In this document: positions 61,698 through 64,000 of the stretch, piece by piece
Numbering within the stretch: the stretch's first letter is position 1
How the letters are laid out: the number at the start of each line of letters is the position of its first letter
Assembly: GCA_963784705.1 (NCBI GenBank)
Contig: CAWASC010000014.1
Location: forward strand, 172,898-236,897
DNA: 64,000 nucleotides
Origin: an uncultured Actinomycetota bacterium
GTDB taxonomy: Bacteria; Actinomycetota; Actinomycetes; Mycobacteriales; SCTD01
Reading direction: 5' to 3'
Notes under the pieces: generated by a model
Told to the model about the DNA's origin: nothing
The model's database searches: none
Seen by the model: the letters and a program-made list of their open reading frames with translations, nothing else
Position numbers and translations under genes: made by a program

Positions 61698-62816
61698 ATG
61701 ACCGACCCCCTCGCTGACCTGTCCGCCGCCGGTGTCGCGGTCTGGCTCGACGACCTGTCTCGTGAGCGCCTGCGCTCGGGCAACCTCGCCGACCTGGTGA
61801 AGGCCAGGCACGTCGTTGGCGTCACCACGAACCCGTCGATCTTCCAGAAGGCGCTCGCCGACGGCGCGGCGTACGACGAGCAGGTGCGGGACCTGGCCCG
61901 GCGGGGGGTCGACCTCGGCGAGGCCGTGCGCGCGCTCACGACGTACGACGTCCGCTGGGCCTGCGACGTCCTACGACCGGTGTACGACGACAGCGACACC
62001 GTGGACGGGCGGGTCTCCATCGAGGTGGACCCGCGGATCAGCGCGGACGCTGACCGCACCCTCGCCGAGGCGAAGGCCCTGTGGTGGCTGGTGGACCGGC
62101 CGAACCTCTACATCAAGATCCCGGCCTCGAAGGAGGGACTGCCCGCGATCACCAAGGCCCTGGCTGCCGGGATCAGCGTCAACGTCACGCTGATCTTCTC
62201 CCTCGACCGCTACCGGGCCGTGATGGACGCCTTCCTCGCCGGTCTCGAAGCGGCCCGCGACGCCGGCCTCGACCTCGCACCCATCGGGTCGGTGGCGAGC
62301 TTCTTCGTCAGCCGCGTGGACAGCGAGATCGACAAGCGGCTCGCAGACCAGCACGGCGAAGATCATGCGCTGCGCGGCAAGGCGGCCCTCGCCAACGCCC
62401 GGTTGGCCTACGAGGCGTACGAGGAGGTCGTCAGCAGTGACCGCTGGAAGGCACTCGCTGCCGCCGGTGCCCGACCGCAACGTCCGCTCTGGGCCTCCAC
62501 GGGAGTGAAGGACCCGGCGTACGACGACACGATGTACGTCGTCGAGCTCGTGGCCCCCGGCACCGTGAACACGATGCCGGAAGCGACCCTCGAGGCCGTC
62601 GCGGACCACGGCGTGGTCCGCGGAGACACGGTGACCGGCTCGTACGAGGACGCCCGCACCGTGCTCGCCGACCTGGCGGAGGCCGGCATCGACCTGGACG
62701 AGGTCACGAAGCTCCTCGAGGCCGAGGGCGTCCAGAAGTTCGAGGACTCCTGGGAGCAGCTGCTCGCCTCCGTCACTGATCAGCTCGCCAAGGCGACCGA
62801 GGCGATCGCCCGGTGA
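61698..62816 (+). CDS. tal: transaldolase (long actinobacterial type)
   Basis: [15 protein letters not shown] and IKIPAS (Schiff-base Lys) motifs. 372 aa. Confidence 0.92.
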   Translation: MTDPLADLSAAGVAVWLDDLSRERLRSGNLADLVKARHVVGVTTNPSIFQKALADGAAYDEQVRDLARRGVDLGEAVRALTTYDVRWACDVLRPVYDDSDTVDGRVSIEVDPRISADADRTLAEAKALWWLVDRPNLYIKIPASKEGLPAITKALAAGISVNVTLIFSLDRYRAVMDAFLAGLEAARDAGLDLAPIGSVASFFVSRVDSEIDKRLADQHGEDHALRGKAALANARLAYEAYEEVVSSDRWKALAAAGARPQRPLWASTGVKDPAYDDTMYVVELVAPGTVNTMPEATLEAVADHGVVRGDTVTGSYEDARTVLADLAEAGIDLDEVTKLLEAEGVQKFEDSWEQLLASVTDQLAKATEAIAR

Positions 62817-64000
62817 TCGCCTCGGTCACCGTGTCCGGAGAAGGTCTGGAGCGTGACCAGGCCGCAGCCCTGGACCTCCTGCGCCGCGACGACGTTCCCG
62901 GGCGCCTGCTCGCGAAGGACGCGACGCTCTGGGGCGAGGACGCGCAGGAGGAGGCAGCCAAGCGACTGGGCTGGTTGGACGCCATCGAGGTGTCGTGGCG
63001 CTTCGTCCCGGAGCTGCTCGCGCTCCGCGACGCACTGCGCGCCGAGGGCGTCGACCGGGTGGTCCTGTGCGGGATGGGCGGGTCGTCCCTCGCACCCGAG
63101 GTGATCTGCCGCACGGCGGGCGTCCCCCTCACCGTTCTCGACTCGACCCACCCGGACCAGGTCCGCGCGGCGACCGAGGGTGAGCTGTCCCGGACGGTCG
63201 TCGTGGTGTCCAGCAAGAGCGGTGGGACGGTGGAGACCGACAGCCAGCGGCGTGCGCTGGCCGCCGCCTTCACCGCTGCCGGCATCGACGCCGCGTCGCG
63301 CATCGTCGTGGTCACCGACCCCGGGTCGCCGTTCGCACAGCTGGCCAAGGACGAGGGCTACCGCGCGGTGTTCCTCGCCGATCCCGACGTCGGGGGTCGC
63401 TACAGCGCCCTGACCGCCTTCGGGCTGGTCCCCTCGGCGCTCGCCGGCGCAGACGTCGAGCTGCTGCTGGACCAGGCGCAGTCCGTGCTGACCCACCTGG
63501 CGGAGCCCGACAACGCCGGCCTCGCGCTCGGGGCGGCCCTGGGCGCCGACCACCGCGACAAGATCGTGCTCGACACCACGGGCTCACCCCTCGTCGGGTT
63601 CGGGGACTGGGCCGAGCAGCTCATCGCGGAGTCCACCGGCAAGCTCGGCAAGGGCCTGCTGCCGGTCGTCGTCGAGCCGGGTGCACCTGAGGTCCAGTCG
63701 CCGGCGCCCGACGTCCACGTCGTCCACGTCACCGGCGCCACCCCGCCCACGGGCACCGCCGTCCAGGGCAACCTCGGACAGCAGTTCCTGCTCTGGGAGT
63801 ACGCCACCGCCGTCTCCGGCCGGTTGCTCGGCATCAACCCGTTCGACCAGCCCGACGTCGAGAGCGCCAAGGTCGCCGCTCGCGGGCTGCTCGAGGACCA
63901 GCCTGCTCCGGCGTCACCCGACTACACCGACGGACCTGTGCAGGTCTTCGCCACGGACGGGCTGCTGCACGGCGAGAGCACCGTCGCCGGCGCCGTGGCC
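62813..64000 (+). CDS. pgi: glucose-6-phosphate isomerase, 3'-truncated by the window edge
   Basis: GTGA overlap with tal. [24 protein letters not shown] and [12 protein letters not shown]. The frame is open to the window end, which is why it is absent from the ORF track. Confidence 0.85.
   Translation, partial: MIASVTVSGEGLERDQAAALDLLRRDDVPGRLLAKDATLWGEDAQEEAAKRLGWLDAIEVSWRFVPELLALRDALRAEGVDRVVLCGMGGSSLAPEVICRTAGVPLTVLDSTHPDQVRAATEGELSRTVVVVSSKSGGTVETDSQRRALAAAFTAAGIDAASRIVVVTDPGSPFAQLAKDEGYRAVFLADPDVGGRYSALTAFGLVPSALAGADVELLLDQAQSVLTHLAEPDNAGLALGAALGADHRDKIVLDTTGSPLVGFGDWAEQLIAESTGKLGKGLLPVVVEPGAPEVQSPAPDVHVVHVTGATPPTGTAVQGNLGQQFLLWEYATAVSGRLLGINPFDQPDVESAKVAARGLLEDQPAPASPDYTDGPVQVFATDGLLHGESTVAGAVA

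Overview
Very GC-rich, actinobacterial-type chromosome segment, almost fully coding. I call about 70 protein genes and saw no rRNA, tRNA, CRISPR array, transposase or integrase. The right half is a conserved housekeeping block: sufR-sufB-sufD-(Rieske)-sufC-sufS-sufU-sufT, an ABC-2 exporter, ctaA, an ATP-grasp gene, ctaB, then tkt-tal-pgi running off the 3' edge. From memory this resembles the M. tuberculosis suf/cta/tkt neighbourhood. The middle holds a LacI-controlled alpha-glucoside-type ABC uptake locus with GH13 and GH1 glycosidases. It also holds a co-directional cluster of a Zn-ribbon SDR, a Sir2 deacylase, an LMW phosphatase, an FN3K-like kinase, an SDR and a tandem-GNAT protein, placed opposite an acyl-CoA synthetase. 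The left part has serB, ferrochelatase, a mycothiol-type formaldehyde detoxification pair, an SF2 helicase, DUF3097 and several small membrane proteins. At the far left a DUF222-HNH gene sits next to a visibly lower-GC3 patch carrying an ECF sigma/anti-sigma-like pair and decayed gene remnants. Nothing can be proven novel from sequence alone. The best second-look candidates are: (1) a tightly overlapped five-gene minus-strand unit (ABC-F, FMN oxidase-like, DUF4032 kinase-like, GH1, one-TM protein); (2) seven copies of GTCGTCGTG at about 11-bp phasing in the divergent region upstream of the sugar-ABC ATPase gene; (3) the synthetase/sirtuin/GNAT plus LMW-PTP/FN3K cluster; (4) two short tandem repeats whose first copy is the last codons plus stop of a gene; (5) an unlisted 47-codon hydrophobic ORF. 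Start codons moved away from the ORF track were placed by SD spacing, overlap coupling or family N-termini and remain provisional.
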